Shown here: piece by piece, positions 20,130-29,127 of the stretch
How the letters are laid out: each line of letters begins with the position of its first letter
Position numbering within the stretch: position 1 is the first letter of the stretch
Source of the DNA: Alphaproteobacteria bacterium
Lineage (GTDB): Bacteria; Pseudomonadota; Alphaproteobacteria; JANQMY01
Assembly (NCBI GenBank): GCA_028289425.1
Contig: JANQPL010000014.1
Coordinates: 122,170 to 186,169, forward strand
Direction of reading: 5' to 3'
Length of the DNA: 64,000 nt
Notes under the pieces: model-generated
Databases searched by the model: none
Seen by the model: the letters and a program-made list of their open reading frames with translations, nothing else
Told to the model about the DNA's origin: nothing
Position numbers and translations under genes: made by a program

Positions 20130-21251
20130 ATGAATTTCGAATTCTCGGAAGATCAAAAACTTCTCAAAGATCAGGTCCGGCGGTTTCTGGACGATAAATG
20201 CGCATCGAAGGATGTGCGTACCGTTTTGGACGGCGCCGCCACGTATAATGAGAGCGTGTGGAACGGCCTCAAGGACATGGGCCTGATGGGCACGGCCATC
20301 CCCGAGGAATATGGCGGGTCCGGCGCGGGCTATTTGGAGCTGTGCGTGATCGCGGAAGAACTCGGCCGCGCTGTGGCGCCCGTACCGTTTTCATCGTCCA
20401 TCTATCTGGCAGCGGAGACACTGCTGGTGGCCGGCACGGAAGAACAAAAACAAGCTCATCTTCCGAAGCTCGCTGCGGGCGACAAGATTGCCACCCTTGC
20501 CATTTCGGAACATTCGGGCCGCCTTGATCCCAGCACGCTTTCCTTGAAAGCAAGCGACGGCACCCTTAAAGGGTCCAAATCGCCCGTGGTGGATGGATCG
20601 ATCGCCGATCTAGCCATCGTCGTGGCGCGCACCGGGCCGAGCCCACGCGACGTATCGCTCTATCTTGTCGACCTTCGGCAAGATGCGATCAGCCGCAAGA
20701 CGTTGGACAGCATTGATCCGACCCGCGATCTGGCCGAGATTGCCTTTAACGAAGCCTCCGGAGAATTGATTGGAGAGCCTAATCGCGGCTGGGACGTGAT
20801 CGAGAAAGTGTTCGACCGGGGCGCCGTGCTGTTCGCCTTCGAACAGTTAGGCGGCGCGCAAAAGGCACTCGAGTCGGCTGTCGACTACGCGAAGGAGCGT
20901 TACGCCTTTGGCCGGCCCATCGGATCATTCCAAGCCGTCAAGCACATGCTGGCGGACATGTATGTGTCGGCGGAACTGGCGCGCTCGAACTGCTATTACG
21001 GCGCCTGGGCGCTGTCGACGGATGCGCCGGAATTGGCGGAAGCGGCCGCCACGGCGCGTGTCGCCGCCACAAAGGCCTATCAGCATTGTTCAAAAAACAA
21101 CATCCAGACCCACGGGGGCATGGGCTTCACCTGGGAATTCGATTGCCACTTGCACTACCGGCGCTCGAACCTGCTTGCGCTGGTTATCGGCAGTCGGTCC
21201 CAATGGGAAGACCAACTGATCGACCGGCTGGAAGCCCGGAACGCAGCCTAG
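20130..21251 (+). CDS. Acyl-CoA dehydrogenase family protein (partner 1 of an adjacent pair).
   Basis: ACAD N-terminal, middle and C-terminal domains. C-terminal GGMGFTWEFD...YRRSN. Confidence 0.8.
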   Translation: MNFEFSEDQKLLKDQVRRFLDDKCASKDVRTVLDGAATYNESVWNGLKDMGLMGTAIPEEYGGSGAGYLELCVIAEELGRAVAPVPFSSSIYLAAETLLVAGTEEQKQAHLPKLAAGDKIATLAISEHSGRLDPSTLSLKASDGTLKGSKSPVVDGSIADLAIVVARTGPSPRDVSLYLVDLRQDAISRKTLDSIDPTRDLAEIAFNEASGELIGEPNRGWDVIEKVFDRGAVLFAFEQLGGAQKALESAVDYAKERYAFGRPIGSFQAVKHMLADMYVSAELARSNCYYGAWALSTDAPELAEAAATARVAATKAYQHCSKNNIQTHGGMGFTWEFDCHLHYRRSNLLALVIGSRSQWEDQLIDRLEARNAA

Positions 21252-21273
21252 CGGAACGCATTAGGAGAACATC

Positions 21274-22521
21274 ATGGATTTCAACGACACACCCCAAGAA
21301 GCCGCCTTCCGCAAAGAGGTGCGCGCGTGGCTTGACGCCAATGCGCCAACCGAATTGAAAGAACCGTTGGAGTCCAGCGGCTTCGGCAACACCAATGTGG
21401 GCGATGCGGACATCATGGAAGTGTCGAAGGCCTGGCAAAAGAAGAAGGCGGATGCCGGTTGGGCCTGCTTGCAATGGCCGAAAGAATATGGTGGCCGCGG
21501 CGCCACGCCCATCGAGCGGGTCATTTGGAGCCAGGAAGAAGGCGTCTATGCGGCGCTCAGCAGTGTCTTCCTCATCGGTCAGGGCATGTGCGGGCCGACC
21601 ATGATGGCCTATGCCAGCGAAGAGCATAAGAGGCATTACTTGCCGAAGCTTGCCAGCGGCGAGGAAATCTGGTGTCAGCTCTTTTCAGAACCGGCCGGCG
21701 GCTCGGACTTGGCGGGCCTGCGCACGAAAGCCGAAAAAGACGGCGACGATTGGGTCATCAACGGTCAAAAGATTTGGACGTCCGGCGCCCATTTCAGCGA
21801 TTACGGTATCCTCATCACACGGACGGATCCGACAGTACCCAAGCACAAAGGCCTGACCATGTTCTTCTTGAGCATGAAATCGCCCGGCATCGAAATCCGC
21901 CCCATCAAGCAAGTGAACGGCCAAAGCGGCTTCAATGAAGTATACTTTACCGATGTGCGCATTCCCGATCACCAGCGCTTGGGCGATGTGGGCGAAGGCT
22001 GGAAAGTGTCCCTCACCACGCTGATGAACGAACGCCTGTCCATCGGTGCGGGCATGCCCACGGGCTTCCCGGAAATGTTCGAACTGGCGCGCAGCTTCGA
22101 AACCGTGGACGGCCCCGCCATTAAAGACAAAGCGTTGCGGTCAAGATTGGCGGACTGGCACGTGAAAACCAACGGGCTCAAATACTCCGCCGCCCGCTCC
22201 ATCAGCGCCCTGTCGCGCGGCGAAACGCCGGGCCCGGAAGCCAGCATCGGCAAGCTGGTGGCCGGCACCACCATGCAGGACATTGCGCAAGCGGCGTTGG
22301 ACTTGCAGGGGTTGAGCGGCGCGCTCACCGATCCGGATCACGCGGATGCGGCCGCCCGCTTCCAAGCCATGTTGCTGCGCTCGCCCGCCACGCGCGTTGA
22401 AGGGGGCACGGACGAAATCCTGCGCAACATCATCGCGGAACGGGTGCTGGGCCTGCCGGGCGACATGCGCGCGGACAAAGACGTGCCGTTCAACGAAATC
22501 CCGACGGGCAAGGCGAACTAG
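21274..22521 (+). CDS. Acyl-CoA dehydrogenase family protein (partner 2 of the pair).
   Basis: ACAD fold with a C-terminal VEGGTDEI motif. It starts 23 bp after the previous ACAD. Confidence 0.8.
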   Translation: MDFNDTPQEAAFRKEVRAWLDANAPTELKEPLESSGFGNTNVGDADIMEVSKAWQKKKADAGWACLQWPKEYGGRGATPIERVIWSQEEGVYAALSSVFLIGQGMCGPTMMAYASEEHKRHYLPKLASGEEIWCQLFSEPAGGSDLAGLRTKAEKDGDDWVINGQKIWTSGAHFSDYGILITRTDPTVPKHKGLTMFFLSMKSPGIEIRPIKQVNGQSGFNEVYFTDVRIPDHQRLGDVGEGWKVSLTTLMNERLSIGAGMPTGFPEMFELARSFETVDGPAIKDKALRSRLADWHVKTNGLKYSAARSISALSRGETPGPEASIGKLVAGTTMQDIAQAALDLQGLSGALTDPDHADAAARFQAMLLRSPATRVEGGTDEILRNIIAERVLGLPGDMRADKDVPFNEIPTGKAN

Positions 22522-22540
22522 TTTCTGTTGACTGACTAAG

Positions 22541-22613
22541 CCATCCCGCTCCCCCTTCCCAACCACCCGAACCAGGGTACCCTCGGAGGGGTTGGGAAGG
22601 GGGAGCGGGATGG
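22541..22613. repeat. C-rich perfect hairpin element: 24-bp arms CCATCCCGCTCCCCCTTCCCAACC / GGTTGGGAAGGGGGAGCGGGATGG. Copy 1.
   Basis: Perfect 24-bp inverted repeat with a 25-nt loop, directly after an ACAD gene. A related copy is at 36396..36460. It may act as a terminator but has no U-tract. Confidence 0.65.
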
Positions 22614-22681
22614 TCAAGTTTTAATGCGTCAGACAACAGGGTAGCGGCAAGCGCGAAACAAGAACGGAGACGCATTCAAAA

Positions 22682-23464
22682 ATGACGTTTAAACCTTTCG
22701 ATCTTTCCGGCCGGGTGGTGCTGATCACCGGCGGCAATGGCGGCATCGGGCTCGGCATGGCCGAGGGCGTGGCACAAGCCGGCGCGGATGTGTGCATTTG
22801 GGGCACCAATGAAGAAAAGAATGCCGATGCGCTCGCCAAATTGAAAGCACATGGCACGAAGGTCGCCGCCAAGAAATGCGATGTGTCCGACCGGTCGGCG
22901 GTTGAATCGAGTTTCGCTGAAACGCTGGAAGAATTCGGCAGGGTGGACGGCTGTTTCGCCAATGCCGGTGCAGGCGCGCGCGGCACGCCCTATCACGAAA
23001 TGCCCGACGAAGAATGGCAGCGCATCCTAAACATCAATCTATGGGGCGCCCATTACGTGCTGCAGCAAGCGGCCGGCCACATGAAAGCCCGCGCGGATGA
23101 CGGCGACGCTTTTGGCCGCTTGATCGGCACCGCAAGCCTCGCCGCCGTCTCCGGACAAGCGCGCGGCGAACATTATGCCGCCACCAAAGGCGCGATCGTT
23201 GCGATGATCAAGGCGCTGGCCGTGGAATACGCACGCTACAACGTCACGGCGCACACCTTGCTGCCGGGCTGGATCGAAACCGCCATGACGGAATCCGCCT
23301 TTTCCTGGGATAAGTTTGCCGCAAATGTGATGCCGCGCATCCCCATGCGCCGTTGGGGCCAACCGGAAGACTTCGCGGGCATTGCGGTTTACATTATGAG
23401 CGAGGCGAGCCGATACCACACGGCGGAAACCTTCCTCATCGATGGGGGATACTTCGTGTTCTAG
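22682..23464 (+). CDS. SDR family oxidoreductase.
   Basis: NAD(P) motif ITGGNGGIGLG and an SDR catalytic tetrad context. 260 aa. Confidence 0.8.
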   Translation: MTFKPFDLSGRVVLITGGNGGIGLGMAEGVAQAGADVCIWGTNEEKNADALAKLKAHGTKVAAKKCDVSDRSAVESSFAETLEEFGRVDGCFANAGAGARGTPYHEMPDEEWQRILNINLWGAHYVLQQAAGHMKARADDGDAFGRLIGTASLAAVSGQARGEHYAATKGAIVAMIKALAVEYARYNVTAHTLLPGWIETAMTESAFSWDKFAANVMPRIPMRRWGQPEDFAGIAVYIMSEASRYHTAETFLIDGGYFVF

Positions 23465-23479
23465 AGGGGAAGCACCGAC

Positions 23480-24589
23480 ATGTCACTTGCGCGGCGCATA
23501 CGCGGATTGCTCGGAGGATCATCCGGAGGCGGAAGCTCCCGGAGCACGAACCCGGTCGCAGCCTTCGCGGCGCTCAAGGAAAAGGCACCTCTTGAATCCT
23601 ATGCCATCCAGCGGCGCACGCCCGGCACCGACGATGTGCAGATTGACATCGAGTTTTGCGGCATCTGCCACACGGACCTGCATTTCGTGAACAATGACAT
23701 GCAAAACTCCGTATACCCCATGGTGCCGGGGCATGAGATTGTCGGGCGTGTCGCCAAAGCCGGAAGCGGTGCGTCCGCGTTCAAGGCCGGCGACCGTGTG
23801 GCCGTGGGCTGTTTGGTGGAGTCTTGCCGCAGGTGCGGTCCCTGCAAAAACCATCTGGAGCAGCTTTGTCAAAACGGGTACACGCTGACCTATAACGCCC
23901 CCACATCAGACCCGGGGGGCATTACCTATGGGGGCTATTCCAAGAGCATCGTCGTCAACAAGGACTTCGTTCTGCGCGTGCCGGAAAGCCTCGACCCGGC
24001 GGGCGCGGCACCCTTGTTGTGCGCCGGCATCACCACCTATTCGCCGCTCAAACACTGGCGCATCGGCAGTAGCCAAACCGTCGGCGTGATTGGGCTGGGC
24101 GGTCTAGGACATATGGGCGTGAAATTCGCGCACGCCCTGGGCGCCCATGTGGTCATGATCACCACATCGCCCGAAAAGGGCGCCGATGCCAAAGCGTTGG
24201 GCGCCGACGAAGTGCTCGTTTCAACGGATGCGAACGCGATGGAAAACAATGCGGGCCGGTTCGACTTCTTGCTGAACACCATTCCGGTGGGTCATGACAT
24301 CAATCCCTATGTGGCGTTGCTGGCGCAAGAGGGTGTCATGTGCATTGTGGGCGCCGTGACCACACTCGACCCTGTGGAACCCGCGCCCCTCATGTTTGCC
24401 CGCAAGACCATCACCGGCTCCATGATCGGCGGCATTCAGGAAACCCAGGAGATGCTGGACTTTTGCGGCACCCACAACATCATGTCGGATGTGGAAGTGA
24501 TCCCCATGCAGGGCGTCAACGGCGCTTATGGGCGCATGCTCAAGAACGACGTGAAGTACCGCTTCGTGATCGATCTAAGCAGCCTGTAG
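23480..24589 (+). CDS. NAD(P)-dependent zinc alcohol dehydrogenase (YahK / cinnamyl-ADH-like).
   Basis: GICHTDLH and GHEIVG zinc ligands, and CRRCGPC structural-zinc cysteines. The first 30 or so residues (GGSSGGGSS) do not look like an ADH, so the real start may be an internal TTG near 23507. Confidence 0.75.
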   Translation: MSLARRIRGLLGGSSGGGSSRSTNPVAAFAALKEKAPLESYAIQRRTPGTDDVQIDIEFCGICHTDLHFVNNDMQNSVYPMVPGHEIVGRVAKAGSGASAFKAGDRVAVGCLVESCRRCGPCKNHLEQLCQNGYTLTYNAPTSDPGGITYGGYSKSIVVNKDFVLRVPESLDPAGAAPLLCAGITTYSPLKHWRIGSSQTVGVIGLGGLGHMGVKFAHALGAHVVMITTSPEKGADAKALGADEVLVSTDANAMENNAGRFDFLLNTIPVGHDINPYVALLAQEGVMCIVGAVTTLDPVEPAPLMFARKTITGSMIGGIQETQEMLDFCGTHNIMSDVEVIPMQGVNGAYGRMLKNDVKYRFVIDLSSL

Positions 24590-24595
24590 AGCGGC

Positions 24596-25042
24596 CTACT
24601 TCTTAAGCACCATCTTGTCCTTGCGCGCCTTCTTGATGGTGCCCGAGAAGCTCAAGCAGGAACGTCCTTCGGCCGTGACAATACCACGGACGAAGATGAG
24701 CGAGCCGCCGGCGCGCAGCACGTCGCCGCGGGCTTCGATGTATTCGCCTTCGCGAGGCCCGTCCAAAAACTCGGAACTAAACGCCACCGTCAAACCGTAG
24801 ACGTCATCGCCCAAATGGTCGTGGGCGATACCGAACAAGGCAAAATCCGCGAACGTCATCAGGCAACCCCCATGCATGACCCCGCCGCCGTTCATGTGTT
24901 TACGTTCGGCACGGAATGCGCAGACGGGCCCCTTTTCGTCTACGGTAAACGCAAACGGTCCAACCAGGTCGTGCTCGAATGGCTCCCCTTCCCAGGTACG
25001 CCACCCTTCGAACTCGCCTGTTTTGATGAGGCTTCCTTTCAC
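24596..25042 (-). CDS. PaaI-family hotdog-fold thioesterase.
   Basis: The HGG...F motif in GVMHGGCLMTFADFA. 148 aa. Confidence 0.7.
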   Translation of the reverse strand: MKGSLIKTGEFEGWRTWEGEPFEHDLVGPFAFTVDEKGPVCAFRAERKHMNGGGVMHGGCLMTFADFALFGIAHDHLGDDVYGLTVAFSSEFLDGPREGEYIEARGDVLRAGGSLIFVRGIVTAEGRSCLSFSGTIKKARKDKMVLKK

Positions 25043-25878
25043 ACATGTTCCTTTCGTGAAGCGCGCAGTGCATCCAACACCTGCTGGAAGTCCGGCTCCG
25101 CGACGCTCTTTAACCCGGAAAGCCGTTCATACACGGCTGCCGCCCCTCGATGAAAGTCGTCGGGCAGACCCGCGCTTGCAAAGGTTTGTGCAATTTCGCG
25201 CATTTCCGCGACGAAGCGCCAAGCTTTTGGGGCGGTGCCAAGGGCCGCCCCCTCACTTTGCTGGGCAAGACCCGGTTGTGAGATGTCCCATTCCCGCATT
25301 AAATCGCTGGTGACCCCGTTTGAGTCCGCCAGCGCGCGAATGCTCAGCAACAGGGCGGCACTGCCTTTGGTCCAAGCGGCGTAGCACATCTTTAAGGTCG
25401 ACGCGGCGACCGCATCACCGCCCAGCACGAACGCATCAAGTGTGCCTGCGTTAAACCATGGCTCCACCTCGGCCGCCCTTGTCCCCGACAAATAAAGGCG
25501 CGTTGTGCCCGGATGCACCGGCGGCGGACCGATCACGCCGCCATCCACATAGGCCTCCCCGATAATGGCGTGCACGTTTCGCGCCGTCGCCGGCGACACG
25601 GCGTTGGCGTCCACATAAATGCCGGCAAAGCCGAGAGCCGCCACCTGTTCTGCAACCGAACGGGCAAATTCCGGCGGGCAAATGGAGATGATGGCGTCGG
25701 ACTCCTGAGCCAACCGTTCGACCGATCCCCTGTTGGCAAAAGCTGACGCACGGGATTTGGTGTCGGCGCTACGGCCGTCAGCGGCCCACAACACCTCATG
25801 TCCGTTGGCCTGCAGGGCCAAACCAATGCTGGCGCCCATGGCGCCGGGGTGGAGCAATCCGATCTTCATGTCCGCCAT
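25039..25878 (-). CDS. NAD(P)-binding oxidoreductase (6-phosphogluconate/3-hydroxyisobutyrate dehydrogenase-like N-domain).
   Basis: N-terminal Rossmann motif KIGLLHPGAMGASIG. 279 aa. Confidence 0.55.
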   Translation of the reverse strand: MADMKIGLLHPGAMGASIGLALQANGHEVLWAADGRSADTKSRASAFANRGSVERLAQESDAIISICPPEFARSVAEQVAALGFAGIYVDANAVSPATARNVHAIIGEAYVDGGVIGPPPVHPGTTRLYLSGTRAAEVEPWFNAGTLDAFVLGGDAVAASTLKMCYAAWTKGSAALLLSIRALADSNGVTSDLMREWDISQPGLAQQSEGAALGTAPKAWRFVAEMREIAQTFASAGLPDDFHRGAAAVYERLSGLKSVAEPDFQQVLDALRASRKEHV

Positions 25879-26090
25879 CCTTTAAGATGTTCCGCTGTGC
25901 AAGCTAGCACATACGCCGTACATTTTCGGAACGTGTTCCTAATACGCACGTTGTACTATGTATCTTGAAACGCGTGCCAGTTCGCATACTGGAAACAAAA
26001 CACGAGCAACCCTCGCGATGGCCAGCCAAAGGGCCGCCGTTACATTAGCCCGTCAAGGACACTTTCAGTCGACGAAAAGGTGATCAAACC

Positions 26091-26858
26091 ATGACCGACT
26101 TATCTTCCACTCTTTCCGGCCGCGTCGCGGTCGTCACGGGCGGGGCCAACGGCATCGGCTTGGCCGCCGCCCAACAGTTTAAGGCCCAGGGCGCCAACGT
26201 CATCATTGCGGACATCAATGAAGAGGCACTGACTTCAGCGGCGGAGGCCAATGGCTTTACGGCCATGCGATGTGATGTCTCCAAAGACGAAGACTTGAAG
26301 ACTATTGCCGAAGCGGCGACGGAATTGGGGCCCATAGGTGTCGTGATGGCCAATGCGGGCGTGGCGCTGGGCGGCCGCTGGGAATATGTTCCGATTACGG
26401 AATGGCAGCGTGTCTTAGACATCAATGTTGTGGGTGTGGTGCGGACGATCCAACCCTTTATGTCTGCACTCATGGAACAGAAGAGCGGCCACATTGTGGT
26501 GACCGGGTCAAGCGCCGGACTGCGCGGCGACCCGACCGGCATGAACAGCGCTTACGCCACATCTAAGCATGCGCTGCTGGGCCTGACCCGAACGCTGGCC
26601 GCTTACCTTCAACCTCATGAGGTGAACGTACATTTGCTGGCACCGCGCATGACCGATACCGCCTTCCCGCGCAGTGCCATCGGTTGGGGGCGTAAAGGAT
26701 CCCGTGTTGCGGGCGATCACGACATTGGCGAAGCCGACACACCCGACCAGGTGGCGGAAGCGCTCGTCGCCGGCATGGCCAAGGGAGAATTCCTGATCAG
26801 CCTACTGCCGGACACCAAAGAGATTTTGCACAATTTCGCGGAGACGCTGGCACCCTGA
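26091..26858 (+). CDS. SDR family oxidoreductase.
   Basis: VTGGANGIGLA motif and an SDR-length ORF. Confidence 0.8.
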   Translation: MTDLSSTLSGRVAVVTGGANGIGLAAAQQFKAQGANVIIADINEEALTSAAEANGFTAMRCDVSKDEDLKTIAEAATELGPIGVVMANAGVALGGRWEYVPITEWQRVLDINVVGVVRTIQPFMSALMEQKSGHIVVTGSSAGLRGDPTGMNSAYATSKHALLGLTRTLAAYLQPHEVNVHLLAPRMTDTAFPRSAIGWGRKGSRVAGDHDIGEADTPDQVAEALVAGMAKGEFLISLLPDTKEILHNFAETLAP

Positions 26859-27142
26859 ATCTTGGAAATCGAGCCTAACTCTTAAGCGGGCGTCCCGGCA
26901 TCGGGCGCGATCTCGGTCAGATCTGACCGACGGGTTATCGCCGGGATGGGATTTGGCAGAGACGCAGAGCCCCCATGCATGCGGCCCTGCGACAAGATTG
27001 GCAAATTTGGCTCCATTCCGCCAAAAAACACAGTTTCCCCACACTAAACCCAGATTTCCCCCAGCCCTCGCTCAAGCATCGAATGTCTCCCGATCCTACC
27101 TTCTATCCAACATCAACGACAGGTGACGGAAGGAGATCCACC

Positions 27143-28030
27143 ATGGCTCAAGCCCTTGAAGCGCTCACGGAAGACGAGGACACAGCATTTGTCCAATTCT
27201 GGAACGATGTGCTCGCCCCCAAGTTCATCCGATTCAAGCATGTGCTGGTGGGGGGTCTTACACAACACAGCGCCGCCATTTTCCCAAACCTGCCGGTGAA
27301 GGCCGGCGACAGGGTGCTGGATGTGGGATGCGGATTTGGCGATACAGCGCTCGAACTAGCAGAGCGGGTGGGACCGACAGGGCACGTGGTTGGCGTCGAT
27401 TGTTGCGATGCGTTTCTTGACTATGCGCGCAAAGACGCCCGTGACCGAGGCGTCACCAATGTGACCTTTCTTAGGGCGGACGCGGAGATTGCCCTCCCAC
27501 AAGAAGAATTTGATTTTGTCTTCGCCAGGTTCGGCACCATGTTTTTTGCCAATCCGGTGGCCGGCTTGCGCAACATGTGCGCGGCGCTGCGCCCCGGCGG
27601 ACGGATGGTTCACATTGTGTGGCGCAATCGGGCCGACAATCCCTGGCTATCGATGGCAAAGGACATTGTTCTCCAGTTTCTCCCGGCGCCGGGGGACGAC
27701 GCGCAAACCTGCGGTCCTGGCCCGTTTTCGATGGCGAACGAAACAAACGTGCGTGCCATGATGGAAGCCGCCGGCTATGACGACATTACGTTTCGGCGGG
27801 TGGACGCGCCGGTCATGGTCGGGAACGATGTGCAAGACGCCATCGATTTCCAACTGGCCATCGGCCCCGCCGGCGAGGTGTTCCGTGAAGCCGGCACCCA
27901 AGCGCTGTCGCAGGAAGACCAGATTCGTGCGGCGCTCGCCGAGGCCATTACCAAACAAAAGATTGCTGCCGAGGGCATTGTCATGGACAGTTCCTCTTGG
28001 GTGATCAGCGCCACCAAACCTCTCAACTAG
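27143..28030 (+). CDS. Class I SAM-dependent methyltransferase.
   Basis: Motif I VLDVGCGFGDTALELAER. The start is placed at an ATG preceded by an AGGAGA RBS. The ORF track begins at 26975. Confidence 0.7.
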   Translation: MAQALEALTEDEDTAFVQFWNDVLAPKFIRFKHVLVGGLTQHSAAIFPNLPVKAGDRVLDVGCGFGDTALELAERVGPTGHVVGVDCCDAFLDYARKDARDRGVTNVTFLRADAEIALPQEEFDFVFARFGTMFFANPVAGLRNMCAALRPGGRMVHIVWRNRADNPWLSMAKDIVLQFLPAPGDDAQTCGPGPFSMANETNVRAMMEAAGYDDITFRRVDAPVMVGNDVQDAIDFQLAIGPAGEVFREAGTQALSQEDQIRAALAEAITKQKIAAEGIVMDSSSWVISATKPLN

Positions 28031-28041
28031 GGGAACATCAC

Positions 28042-29037
28042 ATGCCATCGCAAGAAGCACGACGTCTTACTTTCGACAAACCCGGTCGCGGCCGCGTCTA
28101 TGACTCGATCCTGGAAACCATCGGCAACACGCCGCTGGTTCGGATCAACAAGCTGGCGGATCAACATGGCTGCGTCGGTGAAGTTCTGGCAAAGCTCGAG
28201 TTTTTCAACCCGATCTCGTCAGTGAAAGACCGCATCGCGGTGTCGATGCTGGAAGCAATGGAAGCCAGCGGAGATATCGGCCCCGGCAGCGTAATTGTGG
28301 AGCCCACATCCGGCAATACGGGCATCGGTTTGGCGTTTGCCTGCGCCGCTAAAGGATATCGATGCATCCTGGTGATGCCCGACAGTTTCTCAATCGAGCG
28401 GCGCATGCTGATGAAAGTGTTCGGCGCGGAACTCGTCCTTACGCCCCGCGAAAAAGGCATCTTTGGCGCCGTGGACAAAGCCAACGAAATCATCGACCAA
28501 ACGGACAACGCGATCATGCCGTGGCAATTCGGCAACCCGGCAAACCCGGAAATCCACCGCCGCACGACGGCTGAAGAAATCTGGGCAGACACTAATGGCG
28601 TTGTGGACGCGATCGTCTTGGGTGTCGGCACCGGCGGCACACTGACCGGCGTGGGCGACGTGCTCAAATCGCGAAAGCCGGATATTCAAATGATTGCAGT
28701 AGAGCCGGAAAACAGCCCAGTGCTATCGGGCGGCGAACATTCGCCCCATGTGATCCAAGGAATCGGTGCGGGATTCGTGCCCGATGTTCTGGACACAGAT
28801 TTAATCGACGGCATCGAAGTCGTATCGAACGATGACGCCCTGGAAACGGCGCGCCTTGCCGCTAAACTTGAAGGCATTCCCGCCGGCATTTCGTCGGGAG
28901 CTGCCCTTGTGGCCGCCATGCGCGTTGCATCTCGCCCCGAGATGAAAGGCAAAACGATTGTTACTGTTTTGGCCAGTCACGCGGAGCGCTACGTCTCGAC
29001 CGTGCTCTTTGATCCCTACCGTGAAGAGGGAAGCTGA
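28042..29037 (+). CDS. cysK: Cysteine synthase (O-acetylserine sulfhydrylase).
   Basis: PLP-lysine region NPISSVKDR and substrate-binding TSGNTG loop. 331 aa. Confidence 0.85.
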   Translation: MPSQEARRLTFDKPGRGRVYDSILETIGNTPLVRINKLADQHGCVGEVLAKLEFFNPISSVKDRIAVSMLEAMEASGDIGPGSVIVEPTSGNTGIGLAFACAAKGYRCILVMPDSFSIERRMLMKVFGAELVLTPREKGIFGAVDKANEIIDQTDNAIMPWQFGNPANPEIHRRTTAEEIWADTNGVVDAIVLGVGTGGTLTGVGDVLKSRKPDIQMIAVEPENSPVLSGGEHSPHVIQGIGAGFVPDVLDTDLIDGIEVVSNDDALETARLAAKLEGIPAGISSGAALVAAMRVASRPEMKGKTIVTVLASHAERYVSTVLFDPYREEGS

Positions 29038-29127
29038 AGTTTGCTTCGCCACTGCAAATAAGAGATATAGACTTGAAATACATCAGCGGCGCCAAATGAT
29101 GGCACCGCTGACTGCGGGGAAAAAGGG

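Noticed and set aside
25920-25975. Short dyads GGAACGTGTTCC and GAACGTG-N11-CACGTTG in the divergent promoter between the NAD(P) oxidoreductase and the SDR gene.
   Set aside because: They could be an operator, but the arms are short, no regulator gene is nearby, and chance occurrence in 200 bp is plausible. Not promoted to a feature.
26975-27142. N-terminal extension of the methyltransferase ORF (and similar extensions at 27997, 38879, 59568, 60792, 49855-49965, 51322-51537).
   Set aside because: The ATG codons preceded by purine-rich RBS-like sequence, at the points where family homology begins, were preferred. The extensions overlap intergenic, promoter-like or upstream-gene sequence.
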